A stretch of 64,000 nucleotides of DNA, taken from assembly GCA_030390025.1 (NCBI GenBank), contig CM059438.1, positions 69,442,001 through 69,506,000 on the forward strand. Direction: 5' to 3'. The stretch comes from Squalus acanthias. Taxonomy: Eukaryota. The position numbers were made by a program, and so were the translations under genes. The notes under the pieces were generated by a model. The model saw nothing but the letters and a program-made list of their open reading frames with translations. It was not told where the DNA came from and ran no database searches. Positions 10,268-21,699 of this stretch are shown here, piece after piece. Within the stretch, counting starts at the first letter, position 1; every line of letters starts with the position of its first letter.

Positions 10268-10504
10268 CCTGACGACCCGAGTGAGGTCGTTGAACTTTTT
10301 GCGGCACTGGACATGGGTCCTGGGCACCATGCTCCTGGAGGAGACGCTCTGAGCCACCTCCCTCCACACTCTTCTGAACTCGCGTGGCAAAGGCCTCCTG
10401 CCACTCTCCGGGAACAGCATGCATCGTCTGCGCTCCACTGCGTCAACCAGAGCATCCAAGGCCCGCTCGGTGAAGCGATGAGCGCGTTCTCTCACCCTCT
10501 CCAT
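10268..10504 (-). CDS. Harbinger Myb/SANT-like DNA-binding protein, exon 1
   Basis: MERVRERAHRFT...LVDAV...VWREVA...RTHVQCRKKFNDL, donor AGG|GTGAGT; 237 nt, phase 0. Confidence 0.88.
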
Positions 10505-10861
10505 GCTTGGCAGCAAAATGGATTACAGGTCTCTCCAGGCTGAGATTCAAGGCTGCAATGAGCAGGGTGTGGCTGGGGAGCAAGTGGCCCCCCCCGCTTT
10601 AAGAAGTGTCCGGCGCCAGTGTGTCTGTGTTCCCTCGCTAACTGGCAGCAGCTGCGCTGCGCTCGTGCGCTGAGGTAGCGCCTCACTCCTAGGCCTTTGC
10701 GCCTTAAGAGAGGTGTGCAGCGCCTAATTTAGCGCTCCACTCACCTCCCGGGGCGGTAAAAGTGAAGTTTCCTGTCAGTGCCGATAATTAGCGCCAGGCG
10801 CTAATATTTGCGCGCGGACGATATTTGCGCCCCAAATGGGGCGCGACCTAATTTCTACCCC

Positions 10862-11687
10862 CAAGTCTCTTTGGACCTCCACTGTTTTTAGCTTTTTACA
10901 ATTTAGAAAGTACCCTGTGCTATCCTTTTTAGATCCAAGATGGATGACCTCACATTTGCTTACATTGAAATCTATTTGCCACAGTTTTGCCCATTCACTT
11001 AATCTATCAATATCCCTTTGTAATTTTATGCTTTCATCTACACTGCCTACAATTCCACCTATCTTTGTGTCATTGGCAAATTTTGATATATGACTTTCTA
11101 TGCCATCATCTAAGTTGTTAATAAATATTGCGAATAGTTGAGGCCCCAACACAGATCCCTGCAGGACACCACTAGTCACATCCTGCCAATTTGAGTACCT
11201 ACCCATTATCCCTACTCTCTGTCTCCTGCCACTCAGCCAATTTCCCAATAATTTGCCCTCAATTCCGTGGGCTTCTACATTAGTCAACAGTCTCTTATGT
11301 GGGACTTTATTAAATGCCTTCTGGAAGTCCATATAAATAACATCCATAGACATTCCCCTGTCCACTACTTTGGTCACCTCTTCAAAAAATTCAATCAGGT
11401 TTGTCAGGCATGACCCACCTTTCACAAATCCATGCTGGCTTTCTCTGATCAACTGAAAATTTTCAAGCTGTTCAGTCACCCTATCCTTAATTATAGACTC
11501 CAGCAATTTCCCAATAACAGATGTCAGGCTAACTGGTCTATAATTCCCTGGTTTCCCTCTCTCACCATTCTTAAAAAGCGGAGTGACATGTGCAATTTTC
11601 CAATCTAAAGGGACGGTTCCTGAATCTAGAGAACTTTGGAAGATTATAGTCAGGGCATCTGCAATGTGCTCACGTACTTCCTTTAAT
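10862..11687 (-). mobile_element. CR1 LINE, upstream RT segment (continuation of 5862-6605), 5' truncated
   Basis: RT motifs QHGF, DF.KAF, QGSVLGP, FANDTK. Confidence 0.9.
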
Positions 11688-12530
11688 ATGGTACTGCCCT
11701 TCTGGAGACAACACCAGACATCGACTGATTGTACTGCACCATTGCAAGAGCAACAGGTTCTCTGCCATAGTACTCCTTCTGGGTGCAGAGAAGGTGTTCA
11801 ATGGGTGGAATGACCTTTTGGCGACACGTTTAGGAAGTGGGTTCGAATCGTATACTGCAGACCCATGTCCAGTGACTTCAGCTCCCCCCCCCCCTCCCAT
11901 TCCTAATCTGTCAAGGGATTAAACAAGATTGCCTCTCCTGTTTGCTTGGATTATTCCGACTGCAAAATCCAGGCCAATATGTATGTATTCTTTTTTTAAC
12001 AAAAGTTGAGATGTATCCTTCAAACCTTCACACTTAAAAATAAAGTGTATTTAAAAGAAGAGAAAGGAAGCTAGCCATTTCAAAAAAAAATTCTCACCAG
12101 CAGAAAATGACTTTGACTTCAGGAGACAAACCTTTTTTAAAAAGATGTACAAGAAGAAGGCCAGGCTGACCTCTAATTGACTTAAAGATTTAAGAACTAT
12201 CGTTCTTTTACAGAGCTTAGGCATGCACCATGTGGGTTTGAAGAGACACACTTCAGTTACACGCAGTTGGACTTTTGCAGCAGAATAATACACTGTGCGT
12301 TTCTGGGTATAAAGTTCCTGTCTTTATAAAACAACGCAGTGTCTGACCGATCACGAGCTGTGCCACAAGAGAACCGTGTGCATACATTTTGTTTTTAAAT
12401 GTCATGGGAAACAGGAAAACCAAGACATTATACTTCAACAAAATAAAGATGGATGCATAATAATTCCAGAGGGATAATCAGAGCAAAAAATATTGTAGCA
12501 GGGATATTTTATATCTACAATATCCTTATT

Positions 12531-13454
12531 TCTTTTGTGGCTGGAAGGCTGTTTCCAGTGAGGTTCCACAGGGCTCAGTACTAGGTCCCTTGCTTTTCTT
12601 GGTATATATCAATGATTTAAACTTAAATGTAGCATGCATGTTTAAGAAGTTTGATACAAAAAATGGCTGTGTGATTGATAGTGAGGAAAAAAGCTGTAAA
12701 CTGCAGGAAGATATCAATGGTGGGCAGAAAAGTGGCAAATGGAATTCAATCCAGAGAAGCGTGAGGAGGGCAAACAAGGCAAGGTAATACACAATAAATG
12801 GCAGGATACCGAGAAGTAGAGGAACAGAGGGACCTTGGTGTGCATGTCCACAGATCCCTAAAAGTAGCAGGACAGGTCGATAAGGCGGTGAAGAAGGCAT
12901 ACGGGATACTTTCCTTTATTAGCCGAGGCAGTTCTGGTCACCACATTACAGGAAGGATGTGATTGCACTAGAGAGGGTACAGAGGAGATTTACAAGGATG
13001 TTGCCAGGACTGGAGAATTTTAACTATGAGGAAAGATTGGATAGGCTGAGGTTGTTTTCTTTGGAACAAAGGAGGCTGAGGGAGATTTAATTGAGGTATA
13101 TAAAATTATGAGGGGCCTAGATAGAGTGCATAGGAGGGACCTATTTCCCTTAGCAGAGACATCAATAACCAGTGGTCATAGATTTAAAGTAATTGGTAGA
13201 AGGATTAGAGGGGAGTTGAAGAGAATTTTTTCATCCAGAGGGTGGTGAGGGTCTGGGACTCACTGCCTGAAAGGGTGGGAGAGGCAGAAACCCTCACCGC
13301 ATTTAAATAGTGCTTGGATAATCACTTAAAGTGTTGTAGCCGACAAGACTACGAACCAAGAGCTGGAAAGTGGGATCAGTCTGGATAGCTCTTTTTCTGC
13401 TGACACAAACACGATGGGCCGAATATCCTCCTTCTGTGCCGTAAATTTCTATGA
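12531..13454 (+). mobile_element. Degraded CR1 3' fragment
   Basis: CAGGGCTCAGTACTAGG (QGSVLG) through CR1-type 3' UTR, with deletions. Confidence 0.85.
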
Positions 13455-13810
13455 TTAAGATCCCAATCAAAATTTCAGATACAGTTCTTATTTGCAATGT
13501 GTCTTATTAGTTAGATTGGAATTACACGACTCGAGAAATGTTATGATGGCTCCACAGCTGCCAATTGAATTCAGTAAGATGTCCTTTCACATCATTTTTG
13601 ATATGCATCTGCCACTCCATTTTATATTTGATAATTTTATTAGCAATAACCTAAACTATCTATACCCGAAGAGTACATGCAAGCACTTAAGGCTTCTGTT
13701 GGATGCAATGATTAATCATTGTGTAGCTACAAAATCATAAGTCATTTCTGTCTATCTTGCTCATGTGTTACTTATTTAAGTACATATTCCTGGAAGCAGT
13801 GTCTTCCAGA

Positions 13811-13864
13811 TAAATCTTTAATTCCCAGAGACTCCAGGACAATCCTGGAGGGTTGGCAACCCTA
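13811..13864 (-). mobile_element. Single terminus of hAT-type MITE
   Basis: Reverse complement matches the left end of 52878-53128 (TAGGGTTGCCAACCCTCCAGGATTGTCCTGGAGTC). Confidence 0.55.
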
Positions 13865-14614
13865 CGATGGATGCAGCTAATTTCCTGCTTTTAACTGTGT
13901 TTTATGTTTTTAGCACATGTCAACATCTCAGGTTTGCAACTTAGAACTGAAACTGGCTGTGATAAAAGGCACTGCCCCTTTCCTTTCCCCCTAAGCACAT
14001 TATAATATATAAAAGTTGCCCTTGCTGCACTGCTGCTCTGTGCCAGTGGTTCTTATTAAATAGCGAGTGGTTTTTTTTATTGCTGTAATTTGCTAGTAGT
14101 TAATGTTAATTCTCCGCGTATTGTTTGTGGCAGTAAAAGTACATGGCAGTAAAAGTACATATCCACAGCAGTACAAGCCAACTGCAAGCCTAATAAACGC
14201 TTCAATCACCAAAAGCAATTTAATTTTTGCTGATCATGACTCACAATAATGACATCGTTGATTGAAGTCTTTTAACATCAGGTTGACTGAGTTTTACCTG
14301 ATCCCAAATGTGCTCCACCTCAAATGCTCTGAGTGTGTCTTTGCATTTGAATCTCATGCTGCTTCTGGAATATATATTTTACCGTGCAGATCTGCATTGA
14401 TACCTGAATTTGTAATAATGCATACGTTGTAGGAATGTGAAGGTAGATAAATTGAATTCGCTCAAGATATTTGTGCAAGATGTATCATTTATATTGAGGC
14501 GCTGTTTTCTGAAGCAGCTCTGTATTATATTTTTCCAGTCCTTGTGGTACAGAACCCATCCAATTTATGTTGTGGGGCAATTGCTTGTTTTAACTGTTGC
14601 TTCTCTTCAATGGT

Positions 14615-14964
14615 GTCCACCGTGGCTCAGTGAGTAGCATCCTCGCCTCTGAGTCAGATGGTTGTGGTTTCAAGTCCCACTGCAGTGACTTGAGCACACA
14701 AAATCGAGTCTGACACTCCAGTGCAGTACTGAGGGAGTTCTGCACAGTCGGAGGTGCCGTCTTTCGGATGAGACGATGAACCGAGGCCTCGTATGATCAC
14801 TCAGGTGGACATAAAAAATCCCATGGCACTATTTCGAAGAAGAGCAAGGGAGTTCTCCCCGGTGTCCTGGCCAATGTTTATCCCTCAATCAACATCACAT
14901 TGCTCTTTGTGGGAGCTTGCTGTGCGGAAATTGGCTGCCATGTTTCCTACATTACAACAGTGAC
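14615..14964 (+). mobile_element. Deu-domain SINE 5' part (tRNA head); 3' part resumes at 22894-22990
   Basis: A-box-like TGGCTCAGTGAG, B-box-like GTTTCAAGTCCC; ACAACAGTGAC|TACACTTCAAAAAG split with GTGAC duplicated. Confidence 0.8.
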
Positions 14965-16718
14965 ATAAGAACATAAGAAATAGGAGCAGGAATAGGCCAC
15001 TTGGCCCCTCGAGCCCTCACCACCATTCAATAAGATCATGGCTGATCTTGGGCTCAAAGCCACTTCCCTGCCTGCTCCTCTTAACCCTTCACTCCCTTAT
15101 CTTGCAAAAATCTGTCTAGCTCCACCTTAAATGTATTTAATGACCCAGCCTCCACAGCTCTCTGGGGCAGAGAATTCCACAGATTTACGACCCTCTGAGA
15201 GAAGAAATTCCTCCTCATCTCAGTTCTAAAAGGGCGACCCTTTATTCTGAGACTGTGCCCCCGAGTTCTAGATTTCCCCACGAGGGGAAACATCCTTCTG
15301 CATCTACCTTGTTGAGCCCCCTCAGTATCTTATATGTTTCAATAAGATCACCTCTCATTCTTCTAAATTCCAATGAGTATAGGCCCAGCCTGCTCAACCT
15401 TTCCTCATAAGTGAACCCCCTCATCTCTGGAATTAACCTAGTGAATCGTCTCTGAACTACCTCCACTACAAGTATATCCTTCCTTAAATAAGGAGACCAA
15501 AACTGTACGCAGTACTCAAGGTGTGGTCTCACCAAAACCCTGTATAGTTGTAGCAGGACTTCCCTGCTTTTATACTCCAACCCCCTTTTAAATAAAGGCC
15601 AACCTTCCATTTGCCTTTTTGATTACTTGCTGTACCTGCATGCTAACTTTTTGTGTTTCATGCACAAGGACCCTCAGGTCCCTCTGAACTGTAGCATTTT
15701 GTAATCTCTCTCCATTTAAATAATAGTTTGCTTTTTTATTTTTCCTGCCAAAGTGGATAACCTCGCACGTTCCCACATTATACTCCATCTGCCAAATGTT
15801 TGCCCACTCACCTTAGCCTGTCTATATCCCTTTGCAGGTTCTTTGAGTCCTCTGCACAACTTGCTTTCCCACCCATCTTTGTATCATCCGCAAACTTGGC
15901 TACATTACACTCGGTCCCTTCATCCAAGTCATTAATGTAGATTGTAAATAGTTGAGGCCCCAGCACCGATCCCTGTGGCATCCCACTAGTTACCGTTTGC
16001 CAACCGGAAAAAGACCCATTTATCCCGACTCTCTGCTTTCTGTTAGTTAGCCAATTCTCTATCCATGCTAATATATTACCCCCAACTCCGTGAGCTCTTA
16101 TCTTATGTAGTAACCTTTTATGTGGCACATTATCGAATGCCTTCTGGAAATCCAAATACACCACATCCACTGGTTCACCTTTGTCCACCCTGCTCATTAC
16201 ATCCTCAAAGAACTCCAGCAAATTTCTTAAACATGATTTCCCTTTCATAAAAACATGCTGACTCTGTTTGACTGCATTATGATTTTCTAAATGCCCTGCT
16301 ACTGCTTCCTTAATGAAGGACTCCAGCATTTTCCCAATGACAGATGTTAGACTAACTGGTCTATAGTTTCCTGCTTTCTGTCTCCCTCCTTTCTTAAATA
16401 GGAGTGTTACATTTGCGGTTTTCCAATCCGCTGGGACCTCTCCAGAGTCCAGGGAATTTTGGTATATTGCAACCAATGCATCCACTATCTCTGCAGCCAC
16501 TTCTTTTAAGACCCTGGGATGCAGGCCATCTGGTCCAGGGGACTTGTCGTCTTTTAGTCCCATTATTTTACCAAGTACTATTTCCTTAGTGATAGTGATC
16601 GTCTTTAGTTCCCCACTCCTTGTGGCTCCTTGATTATCCATTATTGGGATGTTGTTAGTGACTTCTACCGTGAAGACAGATACAAAATATTTGTTCAGAG
16701 TCTCTGCCACTTCCCCGT

Positions 16719-19700
16719 TAGAGTCATAGGGGGAGAAATTCAGTATCGCCCCATTTGGGGCGCAATTATCGGCCGGGCGCAAAGATTAGCGCCTGGCGCT
16801 AATTATCGCCACCGCCTGCAAACTTGACTTTTATCGCCCCTAGAGGTGATTGGAGCGCTAAATCAGGCGCTTAACACCTGTCTTAAGGCGCAAAGTCCGA
16901 GGAGCGAGGCGCTACCTCAGAGCACTGGCGAAGCTCATGTGATGTCAGTCAGCAATGGAACACACACACAATGGCACGGGGCAGTTCTTAAAGGGGAGGG
17001 TTGATCTTGCTTTCCATCCACATCCTGCTCATTGCAGCCTTGAATCTCGGCCTGGAGAGACCTGTACATCAAATCTGCTGGAAAGAACAATGGAGAGTAC
17101 CAGGGAAAGAGCTCAGAGTGCAGCCCCCACAGTCTCTTCTAAATCGATACAAGGAAGGGCAAATCAAAATGAACCTGCAAAGTGCTGCTCAGTACCCAAA
17201 ATTCCTTCACACAGCGTTGAATCTCTCCAGAAGTCTCTCTCTCAGAATACGTAGTTCAAAAATGTCACCAACAATAAAAGGCAGGAAGCAGTCGCCTTTA
17301 AATAGCGCTCCCCCAGTCCCTTCCTGACTGCAAAACGCTCCCCTCAACCTGTCGTTGCTAGCGGCAGGCAGTAAGGCAGGGGGCGCCACTCAATATCTGC
17401 TCCGGGGTGATACCGGGGCGTTGCGCACTCGACTGACGTCACGATCTGCCGGCGCAGGTGATCGTGGCGGTAGTGTTTAGGCGCCGCCGCAAAATGTCGA
17501 GTTAATTTCGCAAGCGGCAAAAACATCGCCGCGCCCGGGCGCTAGATGTTTTGCGCCCCATTAGCGCCCACTTAAGGCGCTAACGGGAGGCGCAACCAAC
17601 TGAATTTTTCCCCCATAGAGTTATACAGCACAGAAAGAGGCCCTTCGGCCCATTGTGTCCGCACCGACCATCAAGCCCTATCTATTCTAATCCCATTTTC
17701 CAGCACTTGGTCCATAGCCTTGTATGCTATGGTGTTTCATGTGCTCATCTAAATGCTTCTTGAATGTTGTGAGGTTTCCTGCCTCTACCACCCTTTCAGG
17801 CAGTGAGTTCCAGATTCCAACCACCCTCTGGGTGAAAAGGTTTTCCTCAAATCCCCTCTAAACCTCCTGCCCCTTACCTTGAAACTATGCCCCCTGGTTA
17901 TTGACCCCTCTACTAAGGGGAAAAGTTCTTTTCTATCTACCCTATCTATGCCCCTCATAATTTTGTACACCTCAATCAGGTCCCCCCTCAGCCTTCTCTG
18001 CTCTAAGGAAAACAACCCCAGCCTGTCCAGTCTCTCTTCATAGCTGAAGCGCTCCAGCCCAGGTAACATCCTGGTGAATCTCCTCTGCACCCTCTCCAAT
18101 GCAATCACATCCTTCCTATAGTGTAGCGACCAGAACTGCAAACAGTATTCCAGCTGTGGCCTAACTAGCGTTTTGTACAGCTCCATCATAACCTCCCTGA
18201 TCTTATATTCTATGCTTTGGATAATGAAGCCAAGTATCTCATATGCCTTTTTAACCACCTTATCTACCTGTCCTGCTGCCTTCAGGGATCTATGTACATG
18301 CACACCAAGGTCCCTCTGATCCTCTGTCCTTCCTAGGGTCCTACCATTCATTGTGTATTCCCTTGCCTTGTTTGTCCTCCCAAAATGCATCACCTCACAC
18401 TTTTCAGGGTTAAATTCCATTTGCCACTGTTCTGCCCATCTAACCAACCCGTCTATATCATCCTGTAGCCTGAAGCTTCCCTCCTCGCTATTTACCACTC
18501 CACCAATTTTTGTGTCATCTGCGAACTTACTGATCATACCTCCTACATTCATATCTAAATCATTAATGTACACTACAAACAGCAAAGGACCCAGCACTGA
18601 TCCCTGCAGTACACCACTGGACACAAGCTTCCAGTCACAAAAACAACCTTCGACCATCACCCTCTGCCTCCTGCCACTAAGCCAATTTTGGATCCAATGT
18701 GCCAAATTGCCCTGGATCCCATGGGCTCTTACCTTCTTGACCAGTCTCCCATGTGGGACTTTGTCAAAAGCCTTACTGAAGTCCATGTAGACTACATCAA
18801 CTGCACTACCCTCATCCACACACCTAGTCACCCCCTCGAAAAATGCAATCAAATTGGTTAGACATGATCTCCCCCTGACAAAGCCATGCTGACTATCCTT
18901 GATTAATCCTTGCCTCTCCAAGTAGAGACTAATCCTGTCCCTCAGAATTTTTTCCAATAATTTCCCTACCACTGATGTTAGGCTCACTGGCCTGTAATTC
19001 CCTGGTTTATCCCTACTACCCTTCTTGAATAATGGTACTACTTTAGCTGTTCTCCAGTCCTCTGGCACCTCCCCTGTGGCCAGAGAGGTTCTGAAAATTT
19101 GTGTCAGAGCCCCTGCAATCTCCTCCCTTGCCTCACACAGCAGCCTGGGATACATCTCGTCAGGGCCTGGGGATTTATCCACTTTTAAGCCCAGTAAAAC
19201 CGCTAATACCTCCTCCCTCTCAATACTAATTTGTTCAAGTATATCACAATCCCCTTGCCTGATTTCTATGCCTACATCGTCCTTCTCCATAGTGAACACA
19301 GATGCAAAATATTCATTTAAAACCTCACCTACATCTTCCGGCTCTACACACAGATTGCCACTTTGGTCCCTAATGGGCCCTACTCTTTCCATGGTTATCC
19401 TCTTGCCCTTAATATACTTACAAAACACCTTGGGATTTTCCTTTATTTTGCCCGCCAGTGTTTTTTCATGCCCCCTCTTTGCTCTCCTAATTTTATTTTA
19501 AGTACCCCCCCTGCACTTTCTATACTCTCCTTGGGCTTCCACTGTTTTTAGTCCTTTGTATCTGCCAAAAACCTCCCTTTTTTTCCTAATCCATTCTTGT
19601 ATATCCCTTGACATCCAGGGTTCCCTGGGTTTGTTGGTCCCACCCTTGACCTTTACGGGAACGTGTTGGCGTTGTACTCTCTCTATTTCCTTTCTGAAAG

Positions 19701-20730
19701 ACTCCCACTACTCTGATGTGGATTTTCCTACAAGTAGCTGATCCCAGTCCACTTTGGCCAGCTGCCTTATCATATTAAAATCGGCCTTCCCCCAATTTAG
19801 AACCTTTATATCCGGTCCCTCTTTGTCCTTTTCCATGACTACCTTAAATCTCACCGTATTATGGTCACTGTCACCAAAATGCTCTCCTACTGACACTTCA
19901 ACCTCTTGCCCGGCTACATTCCCTAGAATTAGGTCCAGTACTGCCGCCTCTCTTGTAGGACTTTCTACATGCTGGCTCAAAAAGCTCTCCTGGATGCACT
20001 TTAAGAATTCCGCACCCTCTAAGCCTTTCACACTCTGACTATCCCAGTTAATATTGGGGAAGTTGAAATCCCCTACTATTATTACCCTATTATTTCTACA
20101 CTTCTCTGAGATTTGCCTACATATCGGTTCCTCTATCTCCCCCTGACTGTTTGGAGGCCAATAGTACACTCCCAGCAAAGTGCTTGCCCCCTTTTTGTTT
20201 TTAAGTTCTACCCATATGGCCTCATTAGAGGAACCTGCTAAGATATCATCCCTCCTTACAGCAGTAATTGACTCCTTGATTAATATTGCGACACCCCCTC
20301 CTCTTTTACACCCCCCTCTGTCTCGCCTGAAGATTCTATACCCCGGAATATTGAGCTGCCAGTCCTGCCCCTCCCTCAACCATGTCTCTGTGATAGCAAC
20401 AATATCGTACTCCCATGTGTTCATCAACACCTTCAATTCATCTGCCTTACTCACAAGACTCCTTGCATTAAAATAAATGCCATCCAGCCTTGCCATATCC
20501 CTTGTGCCGTTACATATTTGCACTGCCTTCCAGGCTGACTTGTTTTTTCCTCTATATTTGGCTGTGCGTCACCCCCTACTATAGCTCCACTCCGTATCCC
20601 ATCCCCCTGCCAAGTTAGTTTAAACCCCCCCCGCAACAGTACTAGCAAACCTCCTCGCAAGGATGTTGGTCCCGTTCCGGTTCAGGTGCATCCCGTCCGA
20701 CTTGTACAGGTCCCACCTTCTCCAGAAGCA
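16719..20730 (-). mobile_element. CR1-B LINE nested in CR1-A (end of ORF1 + frameshifted ORF2)
   Basis: APE ORF 19708-20523, RT ORF 17785-19428 (FADDTK), 3' tail split by a Harbinger derivative. Confidence 0.92.
16729..17614 (-). mobile_element. Non-autonomous internal-deletion relative of the 6606-10861 Harbinger
   Basis: TIRs GGGGGAGAAATTCAGT / GGGGGAAAAATTCAGT; TSD ATA; both ends align to the autonomous ends; retains Myb start (MESTRERAQ). Confidence 0.9.
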
Positions 20731-21215
20731 GTTCCCCATTATTAATTCCCCCGTCTCATCCTCTAAAGGACCAATGTTTACTTTAGCTACTCTCTTCCTT
20801 TTTTATATACCTGTAGAAGCTCTTACTATCTGTTTTAATATTTCTTGCCAGTTTACTCTCATAATTCATCTTCTCTCTCTTTATTATTTTTTTAGTCATC
20901 CTTTGCTGGTTTTTAAAAATTTCCCAATCCCCTGGTCTCCCACCAATCTTGGCAACATTGTATGCCTTCGTTTTCAATTTGATACCATCCTTTACTTCCT
21001 TAGTTAGCCACGGATGGTGCTCCCTTCTCTTAAAATCTTTCTTTCTCACTGGAATATATTTTTGTTGAGAGTTATGAAATATCTCCTTAAATGTCCGCCA
21101 CTGCATTTCAACTATCTTACCCTTTAATTTATTTTTCCAGTCCACTTTAGCCAGTTCTGCCCTCGTGACATTGTAATTGCCTTTGTTTAAGATCAGGACA
21201 CTGGTTTGAGATACT

Positions 21216-21699
21216 CTTCTCTTCTTCTCTTCTTAGGCAGTCCCTCGGAACCGAGGATGACTTGCTTCCTCATTAAAAATGAGTTCTCAGATGACTGATG
21301 AGTCCAATGCGGAACCTACAGTCTCTGTCACAGGTGGGGCAGACGGTGGTTGAAGGGGCGGGTGGGTGGGGTGCTTGGGTTGACGTGCGCTGCTTGCGCT
21401 TGGCCTCCGCTTGCTCCCGGCGAAGAGATTCGAGGTGTTCGGCGCCTTCCCGGATGCTTCTCCTCCACTTCGTACGGTCTTGGGCCAGGGATTCCCAGGT
21501 GTCAGTGGGGATGTTGCACTTTTTCAAGGAGGCTTTGAGGGTGTCCTTGAAGCGTTTCCTCTGCCCACCTGGGGCTCTCTTGCTGTGTCGGAGCTCCAAG
21601 TAGAGCGCTTGTTTTGGGAGTCTCGTATTAGGCATGCGGACGATGTGACCCGTCCGTCGGAGCTGATCGAGCGTGGTCAAAGGTTTGATGCTGGGGATG
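21216..21699 (-). mobile_element. RTE-clade LINE 3' fragment nested in CR1-A
   Basis: QLR.TGHIVRMP..RLPKQALY...GGQRKRFKD, C-terminal CxxC...HxxxH; 10-bp TSD TTGAGATACT (21206-21215, 21700-21709). Confidence 0.85.

Larger units (their letters stand above)
6606..10861 (+). mobile_element. Full-length PIF/Harbinger DNA transposon
   Basis: TIRs GGGGTAAAAATT / GGGGTAGAAATT (11/12); 3-bp TSD CAA (6603-6605, 10862-10864); flanks rejoin into continuous CR1; convergent transposase and Myb/SANT genes. Confidence 0.95.

Noticed and set aside
10775..11506. RT ORF with novel C-terminus (RPIWGA...PGANYRH)
   Set aside because: Read-through from CR1 into the Harbinger terminus; junction artefact
12283..12345. 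Imperfect hairpin after an ANANNA motif (H/ACA snoRNA-like)
   Set aside because: No convincing partner hairpin or correctly placed ACA box
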